Shown piece by piece: positions 40,632 through 54,049 of a stretch of 64,000 nt of DNA. The position numbers and the translations under genes are program-made. Below the pieces are notes generated by a model, which was not told where the DNA came from, searched no databases, and saw only the letters and a list, made by a program, of their open reading frames with translations. Source of the DNA: Hydrolagus affinis (Eukaryota); the NCBI GenBank assembly GCA_012026655.1, contig JAAILG010000197.1:62001-126000 (forward strand), written 5' to 3'. The first letter of the stretch is position 1. Each line of letters starts with the position of its first letter.

Positions 40632-41310
40632 ATAATAATAATAATCCTTGCATTTGATATAGCGCTTTTCATGTCTCCTAGATGTCTCAAAGTGCTTCAC
40701 AGAATATACTGTAAAGTGAATTGATTGTACATTTGTGGGTCAAATGTTTTGCTTGCTTGCAACCGATAAACTCAAATGTGGTTCAGTATTAGTGTTCTTG
40801 TGTGCAGAAATGTTTTTTTATGTCTAGGCTCCTTCTTTAGGATGCTTTTCTTTAACCCGGGAGCCTGGAGGCTTTTCTTTTGCTGAATAATAATAATAAT
40901 CCTTGCATTTCGTGTAGCACCTTATCAAGTCTTCGAGATGTCTCAAAGCACTTCAGCGCTACAATAGCAACAACAACAAAATTACATCGCAGAATATACT
41001 TAAAAGTGAATCGACTGCATATTTTGTGGGCGAAACGAGACAGCCATGATCCCACTGTGGGAGCATGCTACTGAGGGAAAAATAAAGATAATAATGATCC
41101 TTGCATTTGATTTAGTGGTTTTCACATCTTCTAGATGTCTCAGAGCACTGCAGAGAATACACTGTAAAGTGAATTGACTGTATATTTGCGGGTGAAACGT
41201 GGCAGCCAATTGAGCACAGCAATGTGGGTTGAAGTGACCAATTTATTATTTTTTGGGGGGTATTATTATCAGGCGTGTAGAGTAAGCACACTTGCCTAAG
41301 GTCTTGCCCT
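40632..41310 (-). mobile_element. Three co-oriented SINE 3' halves
   Basis: ATAAT..TCCTTGCATTT tail motif starts at ~40632, ~40885 and ~41088. Confidence 0.85.
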
Positions 41311-41999
41311 TGGGCAAGTATTATTGCTAGATGCTGTGTATGACCATGTTCATCTCCACGTTGCAGCTCTCAAGTCACCATATCTGGTATTGTCTCAGCA
41401 CCATCTTGCTCTGATGGTGCACATCGCATTCTTCCCAGATGGAATATCCCTAGTTATAAGCATCCCCAGAGCTGCTGTCACATCACCCCGAATGAGTCGT
41501 CTGCACAATCTAACGCCAGAATAAACATGCATTACAGTGGTTGGAGAATTATATTAACATAAATTTGTGATTGTTTCCAAACCATCAAATCTCCAGCAGC
41601 TTGTTCAATATACAACCATTGTTGATTATATATGCATTTTACAGGACTGTGTAAATGTGAAGGAGAAGGGTACACTGGTACCTTTGACAAGGATAACTCG
41701 TATCCACTGATTTGCTGAATGACATCTTCTCAAGCTATGTTTCACCTCAGGGGAGCAAGAAAGGGCAAAGATGCAAGTTGCTCTAAAAATGTGTGCAATC
41801 TCTATGTCAGTCATATGGAAGGATATTTCTGGGTAGCTTGTCCGCTGGCACTTATTAAATTGTTTGAATGTTGTATTGTTTCATCTTAATGCAAGCAGTA
41901 AAGGGAATAAATGGGTGGTGTTAACCCATGGTTCTATTCAATTCCAACTCTAGAATTAAGTAATTTAACATTAGCATGAATTTTAAATGAATTAACTTA

Positions 42000-42978
42000 A
42001 CTTTTCTCTTCCATATCTACATGCTCCCTCTTGTGATGTCATCCACAGACATGGGGTAAACTTCCACATGTATGCAGATGACACCCAACACTACTTTTCC
42101 ACTTCAAATTGCGACCCCCCCACTCCAAAAGTCCCCTGATGTTGTGTCAGCCTGTCTGTCAGACATCAAGAGCTGAAGGAGCGCAAACCTCCAGCAATTA
42201 AATGTTGACAAGACGGAAGCCATACTCTTTGGCTCTCGTTTACGTCTTCAATCCCATAGCTCTCACCTCCTCCACCTACCCGAACTGCCCCATAAACTCT
42301 GAACCCATACGCAACATAGGCATCAGGTTCGACCCCGAATTATGCTTCCTCCACCACCTCCGATCCTCCGGTCTCTCACCAGCACCGCCTTCTTCCATCT
42401 CCACCACATTGCCTGTCTCTGCCAATATTTCACCCCAAAAGTTGCTAAAACCCTGGTCCATGCCTTTGTCACTCTCGACTGGACTATTCCAACGCCCTCC
42501 TCACTGGTCTCTCCTCCACTACCATTCACAAAATCCAGCTCATACAGAACTCCGCCACCCACATTCTCACCTCAACCACAGTCCTCGCCAGATTTTACTG
42601 GCTCTCTCTCACAGAGCGGATTGATTTCAAGATCCTCACTCTTGTGTTTAAATCCCTCTGCTCCTCTTCACCCCCCTACATCTCTAACCTCCTCCCTCCT
42701 CACAGCAGTACCCGCTGCCTCTGTTGTACTTCCTCCTTTTGTCCACTCCACCATCGGTGGCCATGCTTTCAGCCACTATGCACCGAAACTCTGGAACTCA
42801 ATCTCTCCACCTCACCCCGTCCTATTCCAATTTCAGGTCGCACCTGAAAACCTTTCTGTTCAACCGTGCCTACCGTCACTTTCCTCCTCCCCATTGGCTC
42901 GGCCTTGGCTCTGCTAGTGTAAAGCTCGCTGAGACGCTGTCTGGGGTGGAGGGTGCTACATAAATCCAAGTTGTTGTT
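42000..42978 (+). mobile_element. 5'-truncated L2 LINE, RT domain to 3' tail
   Basis: FHMYADDTQ at 42062-42088; AKTLVHAFVT; IGGHAFSHYAPKLWNS; FRSHLKTFLF; tail ATAAATCCAAGTTGTTGTT; frameshifted. Confidence 0.92.
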
Positions 42979-43579
42979 TAAACTAAAAATAATGAAAAAT
43001 AAAAGCAACAAATCGACACCAGGACTGTACAAGAAGACATTACACCACCAAAATGACACTAGTTGTACAATAATTCCCATCAAATATCATTTATTTGATG
43101 ATGTGATAGGTGAATTGTGGGGTGGGTGTTCTGGAGGAATGATATTGGATGGTCCGAAGGGCCTTCTAGATCCAGACGAATATTGTGATTTTGCTGATTT
43201 AATTGCAGTAAACTGGATAAGTGTGTTCTGTGAACACAAAGGATGGTTAAAGGTTCCAACTCACATAAAAAAAATTGGTTGCTCATCCATTTTAATGTGG
43301 TATAGTACCAGTAGATCCTTCTACAAGTTGAGATCAATACATCTTTTGAAAAACTACTAGGCAATGGACATTGGGGCTGAGCTTGGCACCCTTCAGGTAC
43401 TTGAATGCTCCTTCATAATGATTGCTTTTCACGCTGAGAAAGAAAGGAAAGTGGATGTAAGAATGGAAAGTCTAGTGAAACATTCGAGCTGTCTGCCAAC
43501 TAGACAACAAAATGTCACAGATAGATCTGTTAGTAGGTCATAAAACTTCATAAGGTTACAGTGGAGTTTAAGATGAAGA

Positions 43580-44225
43580 GTTTGATCTCAACTTTCCAGA
43601 TTACCCATCCTACTGTTTTCTCATCTCAACATCGAGCATTTTTTCCAAGTGTCCTGGCCTTAATCAACCTTCCTGGTAATGAATTGCAGTTGTTAATTAC
43701 CCTCTGAGTAAAGAAGAACTGCTAAGTGTCTGTCCTGAAAATCTGTTGGTCAACCAGAAGCCTGTGTCCTCTTATTCTGTTGTCAGGTGAATTGCTCTGG
43801 GGTTATTTTTCAAACCCATTTAAAATATTGAATATCTAAGAATGTTAGAGATTAGATGTTTTTCTCCTTTCGTGACTGAAAAGCCCTTGCTTGCCTAATT
43901 GTTGCTCAAAGCTCATTGCTCGATCACTGGGGATCATCCTCATTGCTCTCCCCTGCCTCCAGGGCTTGGCAGCTGCCATATGTCGCATTGACTAGAACTG
44001 TATGCAGTACTGTACACGTGGCCTGACCAAAGCAATATACAACTTGAATGTAACTTCTGAAGATCTAAGCTCAGCTGATTTGGCAATATTCTGTTTATTG
44101 CTGCCTCACCTTATTTTTTACATGGTGAGCGATGGCTGAACTTGCACCCCTAGATCTCTTTCATCTTTCTCCTTTAACTTCTATCCAATTCATGTATTTC
44201 CTATTTTTACTTCCTATATACAGTA
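43580..44225 (-). mobile_element. CR1 LINE ORF2 C-terminal relic
   Basis: Minus-strand YIALVRPRVQYCIQF and RIRGH...FFFTQRVINN.NSLP. Confidence 0.8.
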
Positions 44226-44231
44226 TATTAT

Positions 44232-44714
44232 GGAGTCCTCCGGCATACTGGTTAGAGCACTCGCTTTGAAAGCGTGAGGACCTGGGATCCATTTCCAGCA
44301 GGGAAAAACACTAACCAAGTTTCCTTACCCCATACGCCTATGTTTATCTATCAGTAAGTTGTTAGTCAATTGGAAGATTGCTTTTTTAAAGAGTACCGTA
44401 ATTATCCCTTAACAGAAATATAAGAATAACTTGGTCATGGCAGAGACCTTGAGACAGTCTCCAGCAATAATACTTACCCAAGGGAAAAAACCTTGGGAAA
44501 ACCACATACCTGATTATAATCCCTCAAGAAGAAAAAACAAAAATAAATTGTTCATTTCAATTCACAACTGTTTGTGGGACACTGCTGTGTGCAATTGGCT
44601 GCTGTGTTTCGCGTTCAAAATATACAATCAATTCACTTTACACTATATTCTGTGAAGTGCTTGGAGACATCTCAAAGATGTGATAACCCATTATATTAAC
44701 TGCAAGAATTATTA
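44232..44714 (+). mobile_element. Young SINE: head (44232-44340) and body/tail (44480-44714)
   Basis: GGAGTCC..GGTTAGAGCACTCGC head; second piece matches the reverse complement of 33403-33630. Confidence 0.8.
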
Positions 44715-45942
44715 TCTTGAATGTATCTGTATTGAACTTATTCATTATCCAATGTGCATACCTTATCAAGTTCTTTTTGTAAGGCCTTTGCTGCCTCCTC
44801 TGATTCCACAGTCCTCCCCCCACCCCCAACCTCACGTGAAATTATCCACAAATATAACTACCTTACACTGGGTCTGCAAATCTGGGTCATTAGAGTATAT
44901 AAGAAATTAGAAGGGTTTGGATTCCTAGTACTGTACCAGTTCCTGAGGCATCCAGCTTTATGCCATCCATTTTGACATACATCCTCTAAACAATGACCCA
45001 CTGTTTCCTTTCCTCCTCCAATGCAACCATGGATTAAGATGCCCATTGAGCTCATCAGAGTTACTATCATAAATCATGGAAACTCTGTGAAACTGAATTG
45101 ACAGTACATATGTGGGTGAAACACGGCAGCAAATTGTGCATTGTTGTTGTATCTCTGCAGTTTCAGTTTAGCCTCTTCCCTGCTCAATGTGACCCATGTA
45201 ATATTTATTCTTTCCAGTTAACATTAAATATTAGTTATTTCCAGTTAACATTAACATCCCATTAAATATGTCCACCTGTCAGGAACTACAACACCAGGTA
45301 TTCCCAGAATTACTGCTCCCAATTAGATAATTATGGTGAAATTAATCACCAGCATTAATTGTTTTTTTTCTGAGTCTGTTGTATATATTCATTGTTCTAA
45401 AGCAAAGTTCTTGTGATATTAGAGTAGAGCCATGTATATGGCATAACAATGCTTGGGGTGCTCTAAACATCTGCCCTCTAGTTCTGCTCTGATGATCTAA
45501 ATCTGGTTGCATTGAAATTAAAATGCAACACTCACAACTTAAATTCAGTGATTTGATTAACCAATAAATTTCTGGATTATAAATCCATATTGAGATTTGT
45601 GAATGGTAAATGCCATGTCTGCATAATCTGAAAAAAGGCCGGCAGTTAAAGCAAGAGGAAGAGGCCAACAATTTGCCAATCAGGCATGTGAGATTTTGTT
45701 GGCAATTGAATTTGTTACCATTTTGTCAATCTTGCATGCTCATAGATTGCTATTAACACTTGAAATTCTGTTTAGGAACATCACAGGAGGCCTCATGAAC
45801 CTAGCATTCACCTGGATCATGACCTAATATTTTTCTAATTAAATTAAGTTCACCTCTGCAAATGTCTTCTCATAACTTAGAGCTCTAGAAAGAGAAACAG
45901 TAGAGAAATGTCACCTTGGTCTAGATTTACACTATTTACTTA

Positions 45943-46330
45943 GTGTCAGCTTGGTATAGTTTATAGCACGTTTGCCTCTGAGTCAGAAGGTTGTGGGTTT
46001 AAGCCCCGTGTCAAGACTTTGAACTGAAACATTCTGCTTTGTTAGAGGTGTCATACATCGGATGTGATATTAAATCAATGTCCAATTTGTGTATTCATGT
46101 GGATGTTAAAGATCCCATGGCACTATTTGAAAAAGGCAAAGGAGTTTCTCTCAGATTCCTGGCCAACAATCCCCGAGACTCAATTGATCATGTATTCATT
46201 ATTTTGGGGCAAATTGACCCACATATTTGTTTACCCAAAATTACAGGCACTGCACTTTACAGTTAACTAAATCCTGTCAAGTGATTTCAGACATCCTCCT
46301 AACACGAAAGGTAAGAATTATTATTATTAT
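45943..46330 (+). mobile_element. DeuSINE-like SINE (SacSINE1/AmnSINE1-related core)
   Basis: tRNA-like head, then GTGGATGTTAAAGATCCCATGGCACTATTTGAA...TCCTGGCCAA (Deu domain, recognised from memory). Confidence 0.8.
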
Positions 46331-48449
46331 TAGTCTTTTAGCCTTAGAATTTGGCAAATTATTAAATACAGTCTAGCTATTGAAAACTTTTTTTTAAGTT
46401 CTTTTAAGACTCTGCCCATCAGGCAGCCATGAATGATAATTATACTTAAACCAGATCCAATCAAGTGAATCGATTTTCCACATTTTGAAATATCAAAATA
46501 TATTTAACAAACAGAACCTTTAGGTTCAGCAGCAAAGAAACAAAGAGTGAACTGTTCCTAAGTGAAATAAATGTTTAACAATGAATAAATAAGAGGATGG
46601 AAAGATTTCCACAATGTAATAGTGATTGGGGATCTCTCTAATATCTTGAGTTTGGATACTCTGCTGGAAGAAGCTGATTCCATGAACTGACCTTAACCCA
46701 GAATTCTGAGATTGTAAGATCTGAAACGCTAAATACCCAGGAGCATATAGCAGAAGATTAGCTGGCACATCAATAAGAAACTCGGCGGCAACTGATTGTT
46801 CATACTCTGACTCATTTTTCATCAATTCACTTGTTTCCCCTAAGGCTCTGTTCTTACTCCCACTCTTTTCTTTCTCCATATCGATGATCTCCTCAACTCA
46901 TTATCCAATGCTATCCATTCTGTTGTTGATAATTCTACTCTGTATTCATCAACTTCCTTCAGATTGCATGCCATTAGTTGCACACAACCTTCAATCCTCT
47001 CAAGGTGCAATGTGGAGTCATTTAATCTTGATCTTCTCTGTGCCCTTCGGTAGGGCAATTAAATCAAGTTTCTGTGAATTATTTGAAGACAATTTCTTAC
47101 CTTTATCAAATCCAAACCAGAGCCATTTATTACCTTCTGACGTTGATGACTTCACCTTAGTCCATCATTGATAATCTTGGTCTCACTATCTCCTCTGATC
47201 ACAAATAGTATTGTGTTCCCACATCTCCTTTACTGCTGAAGCTAACTCCAAGGAGTTTTTAAAAAATATATATATATATCCCAATTGCTTCTTCCCCTTC
47301 AATAACTCTTTATTTCTGTCTCATGTCACCCACCTGATCCATCTCACCATCAGGAGATAAGCTTTCAATCATTCTGCCTCCACTCTTTGGAATCGTATCT
47401 TGGATTCCCTCAAATTTACCCCCTGCCTCCCCATTTTCAAAACTCGCCCTCACAGATTTTAGAAGAGTTTCATTCTAACAATCATCCAAGGCTGTATAAC
47501 TCAGTTCTAAGTTAACCTGTGTCGTTATCATCTAAGCCATCATACAGCATTTGAAGTTGATGCATGTCTTTAATTCTCATGACATCTACCACAACCTGTA
47601 ATGGTTCACTGCTACATCAGCATAACTTAATTGTTTACGAAGCCAACTTTTTAAAAAAAAATACACAAAAACTAACATTGTTTTCACACTAATTTTTTTT
47701 GCTGCACCACAGCTGTGATGATTTATTAAAACTTTATAATTACATCCCATATAATTATTCATGATTCTGGAAAATTGTTCAAAATCTTATTTGAAAAATG
47801 AATGCAAATTGATTAATGAATTATTTAGCAGGCTGAATTCAGCTTGAATGCATTTAACTCCACCCCTCCCCACTTTGCTCATTTCTCTTTGCAGCTTTCG
47901 AAATGAATGCTTTCATGTAAATTATGCACACAAAAATATTGCATATCAAATACTTTTAAAGGTGGATCACGAAAGCTTATGAAATCAAATGTAATAAAAC
48001 CATTTGAACAAAGTAAATTATATTCTTAATCTAATTTTAACCCCAAAAAGGGAAGGGAGGCTGAAAAGCAGTAAACCAAAGGGTTTCCTCATAATGTTTG
48101 AAGCTGAGGAAATGAAATTGCATGCAAGGTTCAGTCTGGATCCTCTACTGAATGAAAGTCTAAATTGATGTCGATTATTGTTAGTTAAATATTGTAAGTA
48201 TTTTATAATTCCTTCTATCTTTAAATATTCATTTTTAATGAAACATGGAAGTTTATCACTTTGAAATTCAAATTACATTTCCAGTTCTGTAAGTAATTAT
48301 GAGCCATGTGCACTATCAACATCTCTCAGTAGCTTCAGATATGGATGCCTGATATTCTTAGTGCAGTCTCAACGGTTAATGGGATCTAATTATCAAAAAG
48401 TCTTGACTTACAGCCTGAGCAGGTGCTAATGTGAATCTCTAGGTAATAA

Positions 48450-48840
48450 CGATAATTCTTACATTTGATACAGTGCCTTATCACATCATCAAAATGTCTC
48501 AAAGTCTTCACCGAATTTACTGTAAAGTGTGTCATATTGTGCATTTGTAGGCAAATGTGACAGGCCATTGGTGCCCAACAATATCCCACAAACAGCCATA
48601 ACTCATTGTATCTGTATGATTGTTAGCTAGGAAATGAGGAGAAACACTCTTCTATTTTTAAATGGTGTAATGGGATCTTTAATCTGAATAGACAAACCTG
48701 AGTTTAATATCTCATTCAAAAGATGCTACCACCGACAATCCAGGAGTGCATGGATGACATGAGTTCAGAGTCCAGATGTGGGGCTTGAACCTATTATCCT
48801 CTGACTCAGAAGTAAAAGTGCTAGAGACTGAGCCAGGGTG
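48450..48840 (-). mobile_element. DeuSINE-like SINE
   Basis: Same tail-core-head order as 25900-26285. Confidence 0.75.
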
Positions 48841-50242
48841 GTATCTTGGTACTGTATTACAGAAGGTGCTTCACAAGACATGAAGTCTTTCCACAGATTG
48901 AACTTTAATTTTTCATACAAGTGAGCTCAACATTTAGGAAGAGATAACATCCCAGCCACATTGAAATAAAAAAAATACACATCACACCACTTTCTAAGAT
49001 CTCAAGACTCTAAAATTCTTTACCCTCTCTGTCTACCATTACTCCGATAACAACAAATTGCATTTTATGGTGCCTTTCACATTGGGAGAATATTCCCAAC
49101 AACCAAGCTTTCCACCCAGCTGGATTTGGGAAGGTGAAGATGGGAAGATGACCTATATATATGTGCTACATAATGGACTTAAGCGTTCAACTGGGTATTT
49201 CCCGTTAAGCGAAAGTTTCACAAAGGCAAAGGCACAATCTTTAGCCTATGCATGACAATTCAGAATGAACATTTACGTAGAAAATATCAGTTTAAGTTGC
49301 TCATAATCTCTAGATATTTCACTTGACTTACTGTTAAATGGCGTTATCTTCACAATTTAAAGCAGGCCAGTGTTTAGTATCAGAGCCCTAAGTTTGTATT
49401 CCTGTCACATTCACTGAGGGCAGCTGGTATTACTTATAATGTGTACAGGGCAATGAACATTTCATGTAAAAGATGATTGCTCATGAAAGAAAAAAAGACT
49501 ACTTTAACCAGCAGAGGCTGATTTCTTTGAAGTCACGGTTTTCTATTCACTTCGCAATGCTGCATAATGCAGGAACCTCCAGGAATAAATGCTTGTTAAA
49601 CACAAGGACTCTTGTTTTGCAGTTACTAGAAAAAAGGACAATCTTCATTTTTTTTCTGAAATAGAGAGAGGATATAAAGAGATAGGACAGTTTTAGCATA
49701 AGATCCAAGCTAATTTCTGTTAGTCGGAATTCAATTTGCACAGGTTAACGAAACGAATCTGCATCTTTAATAGACTTCATTTTCAAACGTGAGATATTAA
49801 TGCAAGACAGCAAAGTTGCATTCTTACTTTAGTTATATCAGTGGGCATTCAAGCACATTTGATATTCAAAGATGCAGCATCAGACTGAAGAATAGGTGAC
49901 TTCCTAAATTATTTTTTAACGCAGGAAAGCATGCTTAGTGGTGACATAGGGTGTGTATTCAGGGCTTATTTGGCACTTGTGTCTATGTATTTTATTAAAG
50001 ATGTGGTTCCAGAAATCACTGCTCGCTGATAGATGTTGCCGAACAGCCGGTATTGTTTTTACATATTCATGGCTGTATCTCCATTGAAGATGTTGACGCA
50101 TTATGAAAACAAAATCTAATGCTGTATTCTTCATATTTAAATAAGTGTGTGAAAATGGTTGCATTTGCAAATGTTGAACTGAATTAAAATATTCATGTCC
50201 ACTCATACATAATACTGAACCTTTGAATTTTTCTGGTTACTG

Positions 50243-50260
50243 TGATGCCATCTGGTGGTT
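50243..50260 (-). promoter_or_regulatory. Candidate CTCF motif
   Basis: Minus strand AACCACCAGATGGCATCA contains the CCASYAGRKGGCR core. Confidence 0.45.
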
Positions 50261-50839
50261 TCTGGTTTCAGCAAAAGAAGTGGATGTTTGGGGATTGGAA
50301 TGTTAACTCATTTTAAAATCTTTGAAATTGTTTTCCAAAAACCCAGATACAATTTATCTTCAGGCCATACATGGCATATGCAAGCCAGTGAATTATTATT
50401 ATTTTAAGGAGACAATAAAATCAGCGGTAAGTTGTGGAAATGTTAAGTACATTTTTCGAGCTAAAGTCTGCATTTTTTGCTGTATTTTTTCCAATAGAAA
50501 TTCTATCTATTTGCATTTTAATTGCACTTTGGATTCCTTAAAAAACAATGAGGGTTGCTCACAATTGTTCTGAATAAACATCGACACAATGGCAGGAATA
50601 GCTGGGTGCAGCTACGCTCCAAGGGAATCCCCAGTTGACATTATTACAATCTGTCAGAATGACCTTTATTCAGCGAACGGAACACTTACAGAGCTTCATG
50701 GGGAATTTCTCCAAACAAGATTATTTTAGATCAAATTTTTGCAAAAATGAGCTACATCAATGGGAAATGTTCCTTTTCACAGGACCTACCCTGGAGCTCA
50801 CAAGGTCACAATATTCTTCAAATGTAAATGATCATCATG

Positions 50840-51260
50840 ATAATAATAATATTGCTTGTGTTTGATACAGTGCCTGGTCACATTGTTGAGATGTCTCAAA
50901 TTCTTTCACAGGGTTTTTATTGTGAAATGTAGCAACTGTGTATTTGTAGGCGAATATTGCAACTAATTGCACCCCTCAATGTCCAAAAAACAGCCTTGAA
51001 TTCAATGATTGCCTAGGACACCAGGAGAAACTCCCTTATATTTTTGAATAGTGCTGTAAGATCTTTAACATCCTCCTGAACTGCAGACAAGGACTTGGTT
51101 TTAATGTCTCATCCAAAAGATGGCAAATCCAATAATGCAGCAAACCCTTAGCACTGCATTGGAGTGTCAGCCTGGACTGTGAGTTCAGTCCCTATGCAGG
51201 ACTTAAAGCCACATTTTTCTGATTCACATGCAAGAGTGCTACCCACTGCCCCAGGGTGAC
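50840..51260 (-). mobile_element. DeuSINE-like SINE
   Basis: CTAGGACACCAGGAGAAACTCCC...GAATAGTGC...ATCTTTAACATCC...GTCTCATCCAAAAGATGGCA (Deu core, reverse complement). Confidence 0.8.
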
Positions 51261-51283
51261 ACCTAATGATTGTAGAGCTAATA

Positions 51284-51968
51284 CAGTAGAAGCCCATTTA
51301 TCCGGCACCGCGGAACCTGGCCAATGTCGGTTAAAGCGCCTGCTGGATATTCGGGCGGCCCGCGGCCGAAAACCCACTACAAAAAAATTAAAGTTCTTTT
51401 AACACACGCCATACACACTAGGCTAAATAATAACAGATAGTGGCAGAGTATTGTGTTGGTGCTTGTTGTTGGGGCTGCTCTCTTGCGTTTCTCACCTTTA
51501 CTGGTTGGGATTTGCAATCCAGCGTTTCTTTTTTAATGGGGGACGTAAGGCGAGTAAAAGAAGTGGCAGTGCGATTTTAAAGTTGTGCGACTTTACTAGC
51601 TGCAAGCCGAAGCCCTAGACTCTACTAGTGGCAAACCGAAATACTGCACCTGCGTGACAATGTGGGTTATTGGCTAGCATTATCGACTCTGTTTTTCGCC
51701 TGCTTGGCATGCTCCATTTTGAAAAGGGTCGCTGGACTGTAAACCCCAACCGCAGCATCATGGCTTCAAGCGCAACGTCTACCAGCAGGGGTGGGGGGTG
51801 CAGAAGAGTAATTTTGACGGTGGGTACCAATAGAATATTCTGTTGTTATGTTATTATTTATGCACTTACAAATGCTCCACTGCTAATTTTCCGGATAAGA
51901 TCCGGTTTATCAAATGGGGACTTTTTTTTTGGTGTGCCAGTTATACGGAAGTGCCAGTGCATCGAGTC
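51284..51968. mobile_element. Tigger-like element, right TIR missing
   Basis: TA|CAGTAGAAGCCCATTTATCCGG left TIR; subterminal region homologous to 4100-4170. Confidence 0.7.
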
Positions 51969-52268
51969 ACGATGACAATCAGCGTTATTCCAGTGGCATA
52001 AATAAAAGCTTTGTGTATTTTTATCCTGCAAGCCCAAAGCTTTTAAGGTTTGCAGACATTCTTCTAAAAAGATGCATCTGAACATAATATATATGTAGCA
52101 GAGACACTACCGCAATATTCAGAGGAATAAACATTACGTATTATTACTCTGGTCTCGCATTCGTGTCAGTTGTCCCAATTTTCTGAAAATCTACTATTGT
52201 CTAAATCAGAACAGATATACCATTGGACAAATGAAGTTATGATTTTCTTTTTTTGCAGGAAACTTCAA

Positions 52269-52415
52269 ATGCTGAATTTTACGATGAGACTGTATTGGAA
52301 ATGTTTGGAGAAGATGCGATGCTTCCGGAAACGTTCAACTATTCCAGTGCTAGCTGTCCTTGTTATTTGTCTTCTTTGTCTGAATCTCTACATGGAGGAT
52401 GACAGATATGTGATG
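52269..52415 (+). CDS. MGAT4C: MGAT4C coding exon 1 (cytoplasmic tail and type II TM anchor); exon starts at 52259
   Basis: Acceptor TTTTTTTGCAG|G; MLNFTMRLYWKCLEKMRCFRKRSTIPVLAVLVICLLCLNLYMEDDRYVM resembles the MGAT4C N-terminus (KMRCLRKRST...NLYIED); donor ATG|GTAAGG, phase 0. In-frame ATGs also at 52284 and 52314. Confidence 0.93.
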
Positions 52416-53471
52416 GTAAGGGTCAAGAATGTAAAAATCTAGCATTCGGTTACAGTTATCTTCAAGTAAACCTTAAGTAAATTGAAATAAATTGCAATCA
52501 ATTGTCAATTATTGCAATGCCAAGCTGTGTTGTTGCTGGTTAAATTTCAACAGGTACCGGGCAGACACTCTAGAGTTCTCATCCTCCCCAACTTTGGCTC
52601 TTGCCAATCTTTGCCTTGACTTTCTAAGCTTAGGTGTGCAGGGTGATTCCCTCTGTGGATAGAGTGCACATTCCATTCCAGTCATATGGAAATTTCTATA
52701 CTTGTGTGGAACTATTAGTACAGTAGTTTGATTTGGATACACTTAATTAAGCATGGTACGATGGATTTCAGCTTCTTTGAAATTAAGATATCATGGCTGA
52801 GACAATAAAATACGTTCAGTATTTTACAGGAAGATTTGTGAATTTCATGAATTGTTTGCAATCCTCATTAATAAGAGACTGGTAAGTTCCCATTAACCAA
52901 CAACAACTCACAATTGTACAACGCCTTCACGTTGGATAACTTCACTGAGAACTTTACAGTGATTTGGTTTGATGATGAACAAGAGTGAGATTACCGTACG
53001 CACAGCGGAAGAGATTTTAAAGACAGGTAGAGAGGGGACACAATGGAAGGATGGAGGAAGATAGTTCCAGAGGTTAGGAGCGGGATGACTGAGGGATTGG
53101 ATGGATGCAGATGGTGGAACATAGAGCTCAAATTGTAAACATATTGATCATCACATATCTATATTTGTTTTATCTTAAATAACTAAACCAATCCTGCCTT
53201 TGCTTCTAGTTGTGATCTAGTGGTTATCTTTTTTTTGGGTACTGGAGCAGTCTACTCATGAATCATTTTACATCTCCAGCACCATTAATCACTATCAAAA
53301 GGCATATTTCACATTCATATAATTTGCTAGCAGTGTCACAAAAAATGGATAGAAAAATCAGTCTCATGCAATTTTTAAAAACATTGTACCTCTGAGGAAT
53401 CTGCCTAATCCTAAATTATTGAAGGAAAAAGTGAAAAATCAGCAAAAGTGGAATAATTTCCCCAACAGACG

Positions 53472-53617
53472 ATAATAATAATAATCCTAGCATTTGATAT
53501 AGTGCTTTTCATGTCTTCTGACTTTTTCAAAGTGCTTCACAGAATATACTGTGAGGTAAATTGACTGTATATTTGTGGGCGAAACGCGGCAGGAATTTAC
53601 GCACAGCAGTGTCCCTG
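53472..53617 (-). mobile_element. SINE 3' half
   Basis: Matches 21508-21660. Confidence 0.85.
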
Positions 53618-54049
53618 TACGATAATATTTTTAATGAAGCTGTCTGTACATTGAAAACTCTCCTGCATAACAAGTACAATTAAATAGTCACAACATCCTT
53701 CAATACAATATAAATTTACATTTATATAATGACTTTCACTTCGGGATGATATTCCAAGGAATTTAACAATCCAGGGGTGGCACCCAAGCTATGGGCGAGA
53801 ATCAAGTGAAGTGGGGATGGGGAAGTTGACCAAAGTGGTAGTATCTATTGTTGCTGCTTCAGTTTGCATCATTGTCTCCATCAATGTAACAATACAAATG
53901 CCTTTATGCCTGCACATGGTACATTATAACAACACGAACAACAAAATTACATTTGTATAGCAGCTTTCACATCAGGAGGATGTCCCAAGGCACTGGACAG
54001 TTATTATAGACCCCATTGTTCTGGCCTTGCGATTTCAGAAATAGTTCTA

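Noticed and set aside
42202-42963. Overlapping ORFs up to 191 aa
   Set aside because: Frameshifted L2 relic, not a functional gene
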